64,000 nucleotides of DNA from Glaucostegus cemiculus. Taxonomy: Eukaryota. This document shows positions 26,143 through 38,955 of this stretch, in pieces. Numbering within the stretch: the stretch's first letter is position 1; each line of letters begins with the position of its first letter. A program made the position numbers and the translations under genes. The DNA lies in assembly GCA_976551045.1 (NCBI GenBank), contig CDPCPM010000435.1, positions 992,001-1,056,000 on the forward strand, read 5' to 3'. The notes beneath the pieces were generated by a model that was given only the letters and a program-made list of their open reading frames with translations, was not told the DNA's origin and ran no database searches.

Positions 26143-26341
26143 CGGTCCATACTGGCTCATCTCCTGGTTTTGCTTCTCCTGCAGGGCAGCCACGGTGGCG
26201 GTGGCCGTGGCGGTGGCGGTAGCTGCAGCTGCAGCCACAGCAGCAGCAGCTGCAGCAGCAGCTGGCTGGGTGAAGTGCGTTGGTGGCCTGGAATGTGAAG
26301 GGATTCCCATTCCACCAGAACCATTTGGGCCACCAGGGTAA
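26143..26341 (-). CDS. ZMIZ2: ZMIZ coding exon (199 bp), alanine-rich domain: [66 protein letters not shown]
   Basis: Acceptor TTTTAG|T, donor CCG|GTAAGA, phase 2 to 0; hallmark [24 protein letters not shown] motif. Confidence 0.97.
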
Positions 26342-27259
26342 CTAAAAGCAAAGAGAAAGTGAGTATTAATGGAAAGAGTGGATAAGAAACTTGGATTCTT
26401 GGAAAGGATGCTTCCTTAGACTTGTGGGGAATGGCAAAGTTGCCACGTGCACTTAGCTTGCATTGATTAATCAAAAAAGTTTCTGATACACAGAGAAAGT
26501 CCTGGCTGAACTTCATAATAGGTCATTAAGATTGTAGCACAGGCCATTCAGTCCACGTGCTAGCCTGGGCTTTCTACTCAAATCCCATTTCCTGGTCCTT
26601 TTATATTACGTTAAGCTATTTATCCAATTTCCTTCAAGTAAATTTATGGGAATTAATCCATGAGGGTAGGGAGTGGAAAGTTTAATGCAATGGAAGTAAT
26701 ACTCACTGGAAACCAAACCCATTACACCTTCCACACGGAATCTAGTGCGCCAAGACTACCTGAAGGAAAACTCCTTGGGAGAGGCTAGTTACTCCTGTAC
26801 GGCAACATCAGCAGCACTTAACTCAAGGTGCGCAAATTTCCTGAGTATCCTTGAAACTGCAGTGAAAGCAAAGCAAGATCACAGTGGCTGAAGTGCTGGC
26901 AATATTTAGCAATAAGCACTGCGGCCCCAGTTTCTCGATCTATTTTGCAAAAGATTTTCTTCACAGAAGCTGCGTAGATGACTTCGGAATAAGTTTTGTA
27001 AGGATTGAACTTCAATTTGAGATCCTTGCTGTTTAGTTTGCAAATTTTAGAGATGACCATTGCAGACTTCAGGAAGGGTTTGAGAGCTGCACTCTGTATC
27101 GCTCCACGGCCACGGCATTTTGAATGCTGCTTATGCTACTTTACTGTGAGAACCACTGGGCGATAATGATGAATAACAGCAGAGACTCAGATACAGCAGC
27201 ACCATGCTCTTTACATACTGTAACTAGACAACAGAGAGGGGATCAGCAGAGCTGTCCAG

Positions 27260-28570
27260 CTCTGAGGACACCAGACGTATAAAGGATATGCTTCCATAAT
27301 ACCTGAACAGTGTCCAGGGATGCTTAGTTTCCCATGACCCATGGATATTATATGAACAAAATCTCCTGTCTGTCAGAACAGGTAACTACACTTCAAAGAG
27401 AGCAATGCCCTTTACCTCAGGAGCTCTGCCTGAGATACTTGTAGAATTTCAGAGGATGAGCGTGACAGTTGGATCTGCTGTTCTGGCTGGTTTCACCACG
27501 GTGTAGGAGGCCGCCCAGCCGCACATGTGGCGGTTAAACCATTCCAGATCACCCAGGAGTGTTCATCAACCACTAGTTCTTCCACTCCATCAACATACGC
27601 AGCATTCTCGGCAAATACGGGTTATGCTAGAGGTCTGCGCAAGATTTACAGGCAGCGGCCATGAATGCTTGTGTCGTGTAGCAGTACACCCTCATTCATC
27701 TCTTCACACATCCAACTACACATACCAGCTGGTTGTAGAGAATCACCCAATCAAAAGATGGCTGATGGCTGCGTGATCAACCTCACCATGAGGAGCCCAA
27801 CAATTTGTTCCAGCTAGATAATCAGAACTACCCGACAACTAACAATTACACTGAGCAAGCTACAGACACGCTGGTAGACTTTGGTGGTGGATTACTGTAC
27901 ACTGCAACACTGGTTGGAAGCAAAGCCAGAGTGTACAAATGCCCACAACTTCTACTGGATTGAAACAAGAGGTAGAAGCCAAACAAGTGACTGAGTGTTG
28001 ACATGGTGTTGGGAAACTTGGGCTTTTGGAGAGATGGGGCTTGGGCCTCAGTGAGGGAGTGTCAGGAGTGATGGGGGAATGGTTTGGTTCTGAAGTGGGA
28101 TTAGTGGAGTTGGGCTACAAAAGATTAAATATATAGGACTAACCTTCTAGAGGCATAAATCAATGTTGAGTTACTAAAACATTATTGTCCCTGGCACAAT
28201 CAATAATGATTACTCCCAGGACAATGTGCACTAATTTTCTCCATGTTGCTCCAAAGACAATGTTGCTGGAAGATCAATACTGTCTTCTGTATGACTGAAG
28301 TGGACTTTGAACACACAGAAGTGAATTAGTCTGGGAAGAGACAAGCTGGATTTTTGGAGTGACGTGAAATGATCCACAATGATCATTATCACGTCTCACG
28401 ACAAGTAACATCAATTTTCAATAACACAACTACTGGAAGTATCACACCATTGAACTTCAAGGCCAAAGCCTCATCAGATGAGGAAGAAAAAGGTACAAGC
28501 AGTGCAAGACAGATGACCCACTTTGCAGCTTGGGATGATCTTATTGTTCAGCATTACTTTGACTTCAGCA
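27260..28570 (+). pseudogene. Decayed PIF/Harbinger transposase (HARBI1-like DDE)
   Basis: Collinear degraded motifs across frames: AGFTTV*, AHVAVK, PGVFINH*FFHSINI, EVCARFTGSGHE, HPIKRWLMA; C-terminal SSDEEE...AAWDDLIVQHYF at ~28470-28560. Confidence 0.7.
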
Positions 28571-28599
28571 ATCCTATCTGACCTCTAAATGCCAAAACT

Positions 28600-28815
28600 A
28601 TTTTCTCTCCCTTACCTCTTTTCCTCTGCCAACCTAAATCGGTTCTGCAAACCTGTCCCTATCACTCAGTATCAATCCATACATCACGCAAGTGATTTCC
28701 AGCTTTTTCTTGTCCTGATGAAAGTAGATTGACCTAAAATATTTCTCCTGTCCTCTCCACAGACGCTGACTGACTTGCTGAGTATTTCCAGCATTTCCTT
28801 TTAATTTCAGTTTTC
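28600..28815 (+). mobile_element. Old Penelope-like terminal repeat with CTGATGA core
   Basis: GTCCTGATGAAAG..TTGACCTAAAA followed by CTCTCCACAGACGCTG..TGACTTGCTGAGTATTTCCAGCA. Confidence 0.6.
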
Positions 28816-30489
28816 AATTTATTTCTGACCATTCCATACAACTTAACAGGGCACCTGGCAGTAATTAACCAACAATATTCCAGATCAGAAAGCACTACCA
28901 AAAGATATTTGTTATGCCACTCCAATGAAGTAAAACTTATCACTGTAAAATATCCAGGTGCTTGTTCTGGTGGAACTACAAACTTTTACTCTTCCACCAC
29001 GTAGTACAACACCTGCGTCTGTGGCAGAGGTTGAGGTAGGCTGCTCATAACTTTCTCTGATGGGTGAGGTGCCCCTATTTTGAAGCCCCTGAGCAGCCTG
29101 CCATAGATTGTGCCACTTGCACACAGACAGATTCACCTATTAGGAAACTAGGCTGCATGTTGAGTGTTGGTGTCCAACCCACGTTCCTGACACTGTCGCT
29201 TCTCTCATGACCTACATTTACTTCCTTACCAGCAATGACCGGAGGTCTTGTTTGCAGTTGTATGAGGGCTATGTTTGATGCCCCATGCAGGTGGCCTGAC
29301 ATCAGTACTAAGGTCTCTTACATTTCATCACTCAACACAGATTCCTCTAATCTCTGCAGACGTGCACAGTGACAGAGACCTTCCAACAAACTGCATATTC
29401 TTTGGTATTACTCCAGAAGTGTCCTGTTGTCAACAGCCTGGGATACAACATCTACGTCCACAGAACAGAGACCAGACAGTCCTCAGCCTTCTGAGTGCTT
29501 CCACCATCTGCTCTGCCTCTCCTGTGATGCGCCAGTCACAAAGTGAAAACCTAAAGATTTTGCCACTGATCCATCAGCCTAAGTATCAGAGCCGAAACTT
29601 CTTTGGGATGTATCCTGTACAATGCATCCTCTCTGGGGAGTCACCACCTTCATCATTCTGCGGCTGGATGGGTCAAAATCTTACTAGAGATCAAAGGCAC
29701 AAATTAAAATGCTTCGTTATCATCGTGCACATTTTCACTTTTCGCTTGCTGATAATTTCACGTTCACATATGCAAGTGTTGCACGACACAGCTTGAGGTA
29801 CCATCACCAAGAAAGAGAAGCACCCCATCCGTGCCGTCTCTGTCTCTGACATTTGGTCATGCAACTGCATCTCCAGAGCCGCCCCCTCTGCAGATGCAGA
29901 CTGCAGGAAGACTGGAGGGTCACGTAGGTCCTTGGCTCCCCCTTGTGCTCAATGCCACCTTCTCCTGCATGGCGTGAAAGCAGAGGCCCCTGAGTGAGAG
30001 AGCTAGTACGCACTGAACGAGTAGGTGAAAACATTCACTGCCGGTGGGAGAGGCAAGACTTTGCTTCAAGATCAGGCTGCGTGAAGGTAGTGATGAGCCT
30101 TGAAGATGGGAGGAAGTGTGCCTGCATGGTGAGTATGTGTGGGCATTGATCCTGGAGAACAATGACAGCAGACTGAGCGAAATTGCAGTAATACACACTT
30201 AGCAAAATATAAACTTTTGATCTAATGGGATCCAAGAGCAGGGACCAAATTCCTACTGCACCTTCTATGGAAACCTCCATCCATGTTTTCTCGGTGTTAT
30301 CTGCAGGGTTCGTCCTCCCATCAAAAGGGAATTCAATTTCCCTGCGAACCTTTCAATTCCCTGGATGACATCAAGTGCCACTGGATTTTGGTGCAGCCCT
30401 GGTGTGTCTGTCTTCTTCAAGTTGTGAAGTCAGCTCAGAATCTACCGATGTTCATGTTTACAAAGTGCCTTTAATTGTGGAACTGGACG

Positions 30490-31000
30490 CAGTGTGTCGG
30501 CACCCTGGCCGCGCAGTGTGTCAGTACCCTGACCACGCAGTGTGTCAGTGCCCTGGCCGCACAGTGTGTCAGTGCCCTGGCCGCACAGTGTGTCAGTGCC
30601 CTGGCCGCACAGTGTGTCAGTGCCCTGGCCGCACAGTGTGTCAGTACCCTGGCCGCTCAGTGGGTCAGTACCCTGACCGCGCAGTGTGTCAGTACCCTGG
30701 CCGCTCAGTGGGTCAATACCCTGACCGCGCAGTGGGTCAGTACCCTGGCCGCACAGTGTGTCGGTACCCTGGCCGCTCAGTGTGTCAGTACCCTGGCCGC
30801 TCAGTGGGTCAGTACCCTGGCCGCTCAGTGGGTCAGTACCCTGACCGCGCAGTGTGTCAGTACCCTGGCCGCGCAGTGTGTCAGTACCCTGGCCGCTCAG
30901 TGGGTCAGTACCCTGGCCGCTCAGTGTGTCAGTACCCTGGCCGCGCAGTGGGTCGGTACCCTGGCCGCGCAGTGGGTCGGTACCCTGGCCACTCAGTGTC
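30490..31000. repeat. 24-bp CpG-rich minisatellite, ~21 copies, CAGTG(T/G)GTCAGTACCCTGGCCGC(G/A/T)
   Basis: Counted directly. The unit length is a multiple of 3, which explains the repetitive ORFs on both strands. Confidence 0.97.
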
Positions 31001-31917
31001 ATTGGTTGGGAATTGCAAAAACTAAATAGCAGGGATAAAGCACTTAATTTAAACCAACAGCAAAAGGCTTTGTCTACCTCGGGGCAGCCTTCCTCATCTC
31101 CCTCAACCTAGCCCCAATGCAACTGCTTGCAAACTCTTGAAAAGTTAAAATAATCCCATAGTCTTTATCCCTAAAGCCTCTATAGTGAGACATTCCATGT
31201 CTCACAATCGTATGTGAATCACTTCTCCCAAATTTTCCATTCCTTCCCTGAGTAAAGACCACCGCTGATTCACCAAAGAACAAACAATGTCTCAGTATTT
31301 TTCCTCTCAGAATTTGAACCGTCTATTAGATCTTTTGAGCTTCAGATTCCCGCCATCATCATAGCCCTGTATTCCTGGTCCCATTGTAGAAAATATTTAC
31401 TGACTACCCTTCCTGTAATTAGTTGTGCAAACCATAGCTAGACAGTGTCTTGAACAAATTCAGATTTACTTTCTTGCACTCCCCTTATGTGTCAAAACAA
31501 ATCCCATTTGACTCTGTAAACCTTTTATAACTTCACTCCCAGCTGCAGAACTGCAGCATCACATCTCTCCATTCATCCATTTAACATCTGGGACTTTTAA
31601 AAAAAACTCTTACTCCCAAAACATCTTGCTTCATATGTCTCATTATTAAACTGGGTCAGCCACTATGGAGAAGCTATTGGCACTTTAACTTCTGTTGACT
31701 GCTTCCTGTTGAATCTTTCATGCAACAAATCTTTGGACAGTTTTTTTCCACATCACTTTCACTCTGTATGGAACATGTATTTTGGTTACCCACTGAAGGT
31801 CACGTTGCTGTAACAATTGATCACGCCATCTCCAACTCCCCGGGAGTTGACCCATACCCTCAACACTCTTTCAATTCTCAACCATCTTCCTCATTCCTGG
31901 GCCACTCTTCCTGTAAG

Positions 31918-33225
31918 GATGGTACAGTGACATAGCTTATAGAGCTGCTGCCCCAGACTTCTAGCAACCTCGGTTCAATCCTGACCTTTGGTGCTGTTAG
32001 TATTCTCTCCCTGTGACCACAGATTTTTTCTATGCACTCCGATTTCCTTCCACGTTCCAAAGAATGTGCAGTTAGATAGGTTAATTAGCCACTGGAAATT
32101 GTCCCTGTTGTGGACGTGAGTGGTAGAAACTGGAGCAAGTTGTTGGGGAAGTGAGAAGAATAAAATGGGAACACAAGAACGGAGGAATACGAGTTCGAGC
32201 TCCATCAACCACAGCAGAAGGGAAGCCGTGCTTCCTGAAAAAGGACATTTCCGATGTCCTGGAACAAAAAGCCTCATCTTGAGAGCAGATGTGGCGGAGA
32301 CGGAGGAACTGGGAGAAAGGAATGACGTCCTTACAAGAGACAGGGTTGGAAGAGGTGTAGTCTAACGAGCTGTGGGAGTCCGTAAATTTATAGTAAGAAT
32401 CAGTGGATAGTTTGTCTCCTGAGATGGAGATCTAGAAAAAGGAGAGAAGAGTCAGAAATGGTCCAAGTGAATTTGAGAGCAGGGTGGAAGCTGGTGGTGA
32501 AGGTGATAAGATTGATGAGTTCTACATGGGTGCAAGAAGCAGCATCAGTGCACAGGAAGCAGAACCAATGCAGTCATCAATGTAACAGAGAAAGATTTGG
32601 GGAGTGGTACCAGAGAAGGTTTGGAACAGGTACTGTTCCATGTAGCCAAAAAAAAAGATAGGCATAGCTGCGGCCCATGCAGGTGCCCATGGCTAAATCT
32701 TTTATTTGTAGAAAGTGAGAGGAGTTGAAAGAGAAGCTGCTTAAGGTAAGAGCAAGTTCAGCCGGGCAGATGAGTGTTGGTGGAGGGGAACTGGTTGGAT
32801 CTTTGTTGCAGAAAGAAGGGGAGGGCTCTTAGACCTTCCTGATGGGGGAAGGAGGTGTCTAAAGACTGGACGTCCGTGGTGAAGATGAGGCAGTGGGGGC
32901 CTGGGAATAGGAAGTTGTCCAAATGGTGGAGGGCATGCGAGGTGTCCCAGATGTCGGTGGTAAGGGACTGGACAAGGGGGGACAGGATGGAGTCGAGATA
33001 TGAGGAGGTAAGTTCGATGGGGCAAGAGCAGGCAGAAACAGTGGGCCTACCAGGACAGTCCTGCTTGTGGATCTTAGGTAAGAGATAGAAGTGGGACGTG
33101 TGGGGTTGAGGCACTGTCAGGTAGGAAGCTGTGGAGAAGGAATAAAATGGGATTAGTGCAAAATTGTTTGGCACAGACTCAGTGGACTGAAGAGTCTCTT
33201 TCTGTGACATATGACTATGAAATTT
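31918..33225 (+). mobile_element. V-SINE interrupted by a Penelope fragment
   Basis: SINE head and core at 31918-32170; tail resumes at 33140. Confidence 0.75.
32171..33139 (-). mobile_element. Penelope-like reverse transcriptase fragment with 13-bp TSD
   Basis: FYLLPKIHKQDCPGRP...FTTDVQSL, AMGTCMGRSYA and YIDD motifs; GAATAAAATGGGA at 32158-32170 and 33140-33152. Confidence 0.88.
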
Positions 33226-33349
33226 CCCTTCCACACTTCTCTATTCTGGTTCCGTCCCCCACCATCACTTGCCCGGACACCACCCTGGCCAGGCCTCAAT
33301 TTAACCAATTTCCTTCTAATGTTCCGGCATAAAGCTTTCCTCATGCACA

Positions 33350-33690
33350 ATGGTACACCTAGAAGAGCTGCTGCCTCACAGCACCAGAGACCCAGGTTCA
33401 ACATTGACCTCAGGTGCTGTCTGTGTGGAGTTTGACATTCTCCCTGTGACCACGTGGGTCCCCCCCAGATACTCTAGTTTCCTCCCACATCCCAAAGACG
33501 TGTGGGTTGGTGGGTTAATTGGCTGCTGTAAGTTGCTCCTGGTGTGTGGGTGAGTCGTGAAATTGGGAGAGAGTTGATGAGAATGTGGGGAGAATTAATA
33601 AAAAATGGAATGAATATAGGATTAGTGTAAATGGGTAGTTGATCATCAGTACAGACTCAACGGGCCAAACCGTTTCTATGCTGTAACTCC
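33350..33690 (+). mobile_element. tRNA-head V-SINE with CR1-like tail
   Basis: GCTGCCTCACAGC..GACCCAGGTTCAA head and TTTCCTCCCACATCCCAAAGACG core. Confidence 0.8.
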
Positions 33691-34452
33691 CTGAGAGAAC
33701 CTGCTCAGTAGGCATCGTGGGTGTTTTATGTCACTGAATTTCCTTACAACAAGCCCACAAAGAGAACTATTTTTGTTCTGTGCACTGTAAACATTTAGCA
33801 CACCTTTGCAGGCTGCGACTAAATTCTAGGTCACGTTTCAAATTTGGAATAAGAATTATAGAAGTGAAAGCAGCTTTTAACAGCAACTGTTTAGCATTAC
33901 AAACTAAAAGTGAAGATAAATAATAGGGGCAGGAAGGACTGGAATACCTCAAAACTGCATTTTCTATCATTAATTTACAAAAATGCATTTCACTACACAC
34001 GTTGGAAATAGCAAGAGGAGGCCCTGTTGCAAATTTCAGCCACTCTTTTGTGCTTTTTTTTACATTTATAGCATAAAGAATATTCAAAATAGTGTTCATT
34101 TCCTCTTCTCCCTTAATAATTATAACATCTATTCATATTGTTCCCTGCAAGGAACGCTGGTGATTAATAGAACCATCATGTTTCATCACCATTTACTGCA
34201 CTGTTGTCAGTCAGGAATTCTGAATCAATCTAAATTTAACAGTGATTCTACTGCACGAAACTGGCATTAATACAATAAATAAAACAGCTCAATGTTTTCT
34301 ATATGCATTGAATGAAATTAGTATTAAGTGTAAAACACATGCTCTGTAAACTTCAAAAAGTAAAAATAAAGCCCTATATAATCTGCTCTTTTTTAAAAGA
34401 AAATTGCAATGCCAGCCAACTTTCTGCATTGATTGAAAGGAACATCAATTGA

Positions 34453-35992
34453 TTGAAGGAGGTGGCTCTAGAAATTGTGGATGCATTGGTGATCATTTTC
34501 CGATGTTCCCTAGATTCTGGGTCAGTTCCTGAGGATTGGAGAATGGCCAATGTTATCCCACTTTTTAAGAAAGGAGGGAGGGAGAAAACGGGGAACTATC
34601 GTCCAGTTAGCCTGACGTCTGTGGTGGGGAAGATGCTAGAGTCCATTATTAAGGATGAAATAGCAGCATATTTGGATAGCAATGATAGGATTGGGTCGAG
34701 TCAACATGGATTTACCACGGGCAAATCGTGCTTGGCTAATCTACTGGAGTTTTTTGAGGATGTAACCAGGAAAATAGACGAGGGAGATTCGGTGGCTGTT
34801 GTGTACCTCGAACTTCAGAAGGCATTTGATAAGGTGCCGCACAGGAGATTGGTGGGTAAAATTAGGGCTCATGGAATTGGGGGGAGGGTATTATCATGGA
34901 TGGAAAACTGGTTGGCTGATAGGAAACAAAGGGTAGGGGTGAATGGTTGTTTCTCAGAATGGCAGGCCGTGACTAGTGGGGTGCCGCAGGGCTCGGTGCT
35001 GGGACCGCAGCTGTTTACAATCTATGTTAATGATTTAGATGAAGGCATTCAGAATAACATTAGCAAGTTTGCTGATGATACAAAGTTGGGTGGCAGGGCG
35101 ACATGTGTAGAGGAAGTTAGGAGGATTCAAGGTGACTTGGATAGGTTGGGTGAGTGGGCAGATACTTGGCAGATGAAGTTTAATGTGGATAAGTGTGAGG
35201 TTATCCACTTTGGGAGCAGGAACAGGAAGGCGGATTATTATCTGAATGGTGTGGAGTTAGGTAAAGGGGAGGTACAAAGGGATCTAGGAGTCCTTGTTCA
35301 TCAGTCTCTGAAAGTGAATGAGCAAGTGCAGTAGGCAGTGATGAAGGCTAATGGAATGTTGGCCTGTATTACGAGGGGAATTGAGTACAAGAGCAAAAAG
35401 ACTCTTTTGCATTTGTACAGGGCCCTGGTGAGACGGCTCCTGGAGTATTGTGTACAGTTTTGGTCTCCGGGGTTAAGGAAGGATATCCTGGCTATAGAGG
35501 GCGTGCAGCGTAGGTTTACGAGGTTAATTCCGGGGATGTCGGGACTGTCTTATGCAGAGAGGTTGGATGGACTGGGATTGTACACGCTGGAATTGAGAAG
35601 ATTGAGAGGGGATCTGATTGAAACATACAAGATTGTTAAGGGATTGGACAAGATAGAGACAGGAAATATGTTCCAGATGTTGGGGAAGTCCAGGACCAGA
35701 GGGCATGATTTAAGAATAAGGGGTAGGCCATTTAGGATAGAGGTGAGGAAAAACTTCTTCTCCCAGAGGGTTGTGAGTTTGTGGAATGCACTGCCTCAGA
35801 GGGCAGTGGAGGCAAATTCTCTGGGCACTTTCAAGAAGGAGCTAGACAGGTTCCTTATAGGTAGGGGAATCAAGGGATATGGAGACAAGGCAGGAACGGG
35901 ATATTGAGTGTTGAGGATCAGCCATGATCTCAAAATGGTGGAGCAGACTCGAAGGGCCGAATGGTCTACTTCTGCTCCTATTGTCTATTGTC
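34453..35992 (+). mobile_element. Young 5'-truncated CR1 LINE with nearly intact RT (one in-frame stop)
   Basis: ORFs 34453-35334 and 35338-35907 share a frame separated by a single TAG; NYRPVSLTS, KAFDKVPH, GVPQGSVLGP and FADD motifs; CTATTGTCTATTGTC tail. Confidence 0.97.
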
Positions 35993-37589
35993 AATACAAG
36001 TACGGGAAATAACTATTTAAGACGCTTTCAATTAAAAATAAACAAATATCATTCCACCTCTTAAAGATTTTCATGATTATCTTTGCCACTGATCCGCTTT
36101 GCAGTTAATGGATCATGGAGTAGGACCTATAGTAAAGGATTTACTACATGGATCCTGCAGTGCATCAGTCTCTGAATGAGGGGTCGGATAAAGCAATACA
36201 GCAATGAGGGCTACCTCAATAACCTCACTACATAACATTATGGATACCCCCTTGCAGCCTTCCAATGTGATGCATGGAATAGTATGGCCAGAACCAGATT
36301 CTAATTTTTTTACTAACCAAGCAAGACCAGGGCTATCTGTGCATTTTGCAATTCAAGATTTCCACCCTGGGAAAAAGACTGACTGTACCATATCTATGCT
36401 GCTCACAATTTTATATCACCCTCTGATGGTCCAGAGAAAACAATCCAAGTTGGTCCAACCTCTCCTTATAGTTTAGACGACGTGGTTTTGTACAGTTATG
36501 GGTCACCAAAATTCGTAACGTGCCAGAAGTCCTGGTTTCTCCACCCAGTGACTGGAACGTTAATTAGCGTTTTCCCGATCTCATAGCTCTAGCCTTTCTC
36601 CAACTTTGCAGAACTTCAATGAGACTTCCCATTCATCGCACTGCTTCCTAAAACCCACCCCGCTCTACAGATCCTCATCTTTTTGGCCAAGATTCCAGCA
36701 CCATGGCAGTTCTTGTGTACTATTTTTAAAATACATACAAAATATATACATCGCTGTTCACAGAATCACAGAACGGTTACAGCACAGAGGGAGACAGGCA
36801 GTTGGCACTGGCTCTATGTAAGAACAATTTAGCTAGTCCCACTGTCCTGGTTTCTCCCATAGCCCTGCAAATATATTTCAGATACTTTTCCAGCTTAATT
36901 TTGAATATTACAATTTTGTCTCCGCTACTCCCTCTGACAGGACACTTCAGATCCTAGCTATTTGCTCCATAAAAAAGGTTTCTCTTGTCACTTTTAGTCC
37001 TTTTGCCCTTCACCTACATTCTGTATGCCCTGGTTCTTGACCACTCCACCGACGGGATAGTTTCTCGCCATCCCCTTTGTCTATAACCATGATCTCACAC
37101 CTTCGTCAGATACCCTGCAACCTCCTCTGTTCCAAGGAGAACCCCCACTTCTCTAGACTTCATATAACTGCAGCCCCTCATTCTGACATAATTTTAGTCA
37201 ATCTCTTCTGCATTTACATCCTCCCTAAAGTCTGGCACCCTGAACTGGAATCAAATATCCGTCTTTAGTCAAGTATGTCTGCAGTTAAAGTTTCCACTCG
37301 ATTTTATTACAGTGCTGAATTTCTCTTTCTAATATGGATTGAAATTTGAGAGGTGTCCTATTTTGATACACATTATATAGATCAACATCATCTCAAACCT
37401 CCACAATTTATCTTCACGTGAACAGCAGACCTATCCTTAACATAAACTGGTACTTAAGTTCAAGTAGCTTGAATACAGTCTCACTATCAAGCATCAACAG
37501 CCTCGGAAACTGCCGACAAAAACCTTTCATCATCTGGAACCTTAAAATCATTATTCAATATCTGTGGGTTTTTTTTTTGCTTTGGTTAC

Positions 37590-37798
37590 CTTCCACCGTA
37601 TCCTGCTCCTCCAGGATAGTTAGGCCGTCCATACATATTTTGCTGCATGTATCCCTTGCTTGAACCTGTATCTGTGGCTGGGAATGGTTGCTGTCCCATG
37701 AACTGTGGAGAGTTCATTCCTGGACCATTTCCAGGTATCCCAGATGTCATGTGATTCCCACTGGAGTTACCCCCAGGAGCCATAGGATTTCCTAGGAC
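37590..37798 (-). CDS. ZMIZ2: ZMIZ coding exon (209 bp): VLGNPMAPGGNSSG...MYGRPNYPGGAGYGG(S)
   Basis: Acceptor CCACAG|GTC, donor AG|GTAACC, phase 0 to 2; VLGNPM and YGRPNYPG motifs. Confidence 0.95.
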
Positions 37799-38149
37799 CT
37801 GTGGAAGGGGCAGGAGAGGGGTAGAGATTTAAAACAAGAGAAGTGGCAACTTTTTTGTTCAAGTTTTCTGAATGGTGCACCTCAGCACAGAAGTACGTTC
37901 ACAAAATTCCCGTAATAGCTAAACTCCAATCATACACTGACCCACATTTTCTCTCCGAGTCCCCCTGGTGCTATATTTACTTCGTAACCTATACATGCAC
38001 CAGCCTTGCATCGTGACAAAGAAGGGACATGGTCCAATTCATCAATATTGAGCTCTAGAGTATTTGAGGCATGTGATTATTTATACACCGCACTTCTGTA
38101 CTGAAGTGTACAATTCTGAAAACCAACAAAAAAGTTGTATTAATATTGT

Positions 38150-38395
38150 TCTCTCAGGTGGATGTAAAATACCCAGGACACTGATTCAAGGAGCAAGGGA
38201 GTTATCCCTGATACCCTGGGAGATATTTCTCCTTCAATAAACATGCCTGGAAAATCGCCCAGTCATTATCACATTTCCGGTTGTGGGAACTAGCTGCACA
38301 CACGACTGACTGCCGCAGTTCCCACAACACTACTGTGAACACTCTTCATTGCTAGAAAATACTTTTGAGACATCCAACGCTGGAAAGAAAGGGAC
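38150..38395 (+). mobile_element. DeuSINE (SacSINE1/AmnSINE1-like) Deu domain
   Basis: CTCTCAGGTGGATGTAAAA..CCC..GGGGAGTT.TCCC..GTCATTATCACATT..TTGTGGGA matches the Deu domain as I recall it. Confidence 0.7.
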
Positions 38396-38491
38396 AAAAA
38401 ATGTTTATTTTTAAATAGTCTCTGTCTGACGCAGCATAAAGCACCGTATGTACAAAAAGTGATTTTTCAAATCAAAGTAATTTTTTGTTGA

Positions 38492-38637
38492 AGTGGGGAG
38501 GTGTGGGTGGAGGGAAGTGTGTGGGTGGGGGGGGAGGGAGGTGTGGGTGTGTGGGTGGGGGGCGGTGCGTGTGTGTCTGCGTATAGAGGGAAGTGTGTGG
38601 TATCTGTACACAGGTGTATGAGTGGAGCAAAGGATGT

Positions 38638-38693
<56 letters not shown>

Positions 38694-38955
38694 AGGGTGG
38701 GAGGTAGGTTTTATATCTGTAGGTGTGTGTGAGGGGAAGGGATGTGTGTGTGTATAGAGGGAAATGTGTAGTGTTATGTACACAGGTGTATGAGTAGAGC
38801 AAAGTGTGTGTGTATAGAGGGAAGTGTGTGGTGTATGTACACAGGTGTGTGTATGAGTGGAGCAAAGTGTGTGTGTATGTATGTATATAAGGGTGAGAGC
38901 TAGGTCTTATATCTGTAGGTGTGTGTGTGGGGAAGGGAGGTGTGTGTGAGTGTAT
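38492..38955. repeat. Compound GT-rich microsatellite with higher-order repeats
   Basis: Pure (GT)n at ~38639-38688, embedded in recurring GTATAGAGGGAA..GTACACAGGTG..GAGCAAAG blocks. Confidence 0.9.

Noticed and set aside
30490-31000. CRISPR array or repeat-protein gene (ORFs of 184-216 aa)
   Set aside because: Units are head-to-tail with no unique spacers, the context is eukaryotic, and the ORFs arise from a stop-free 24-bp unit.
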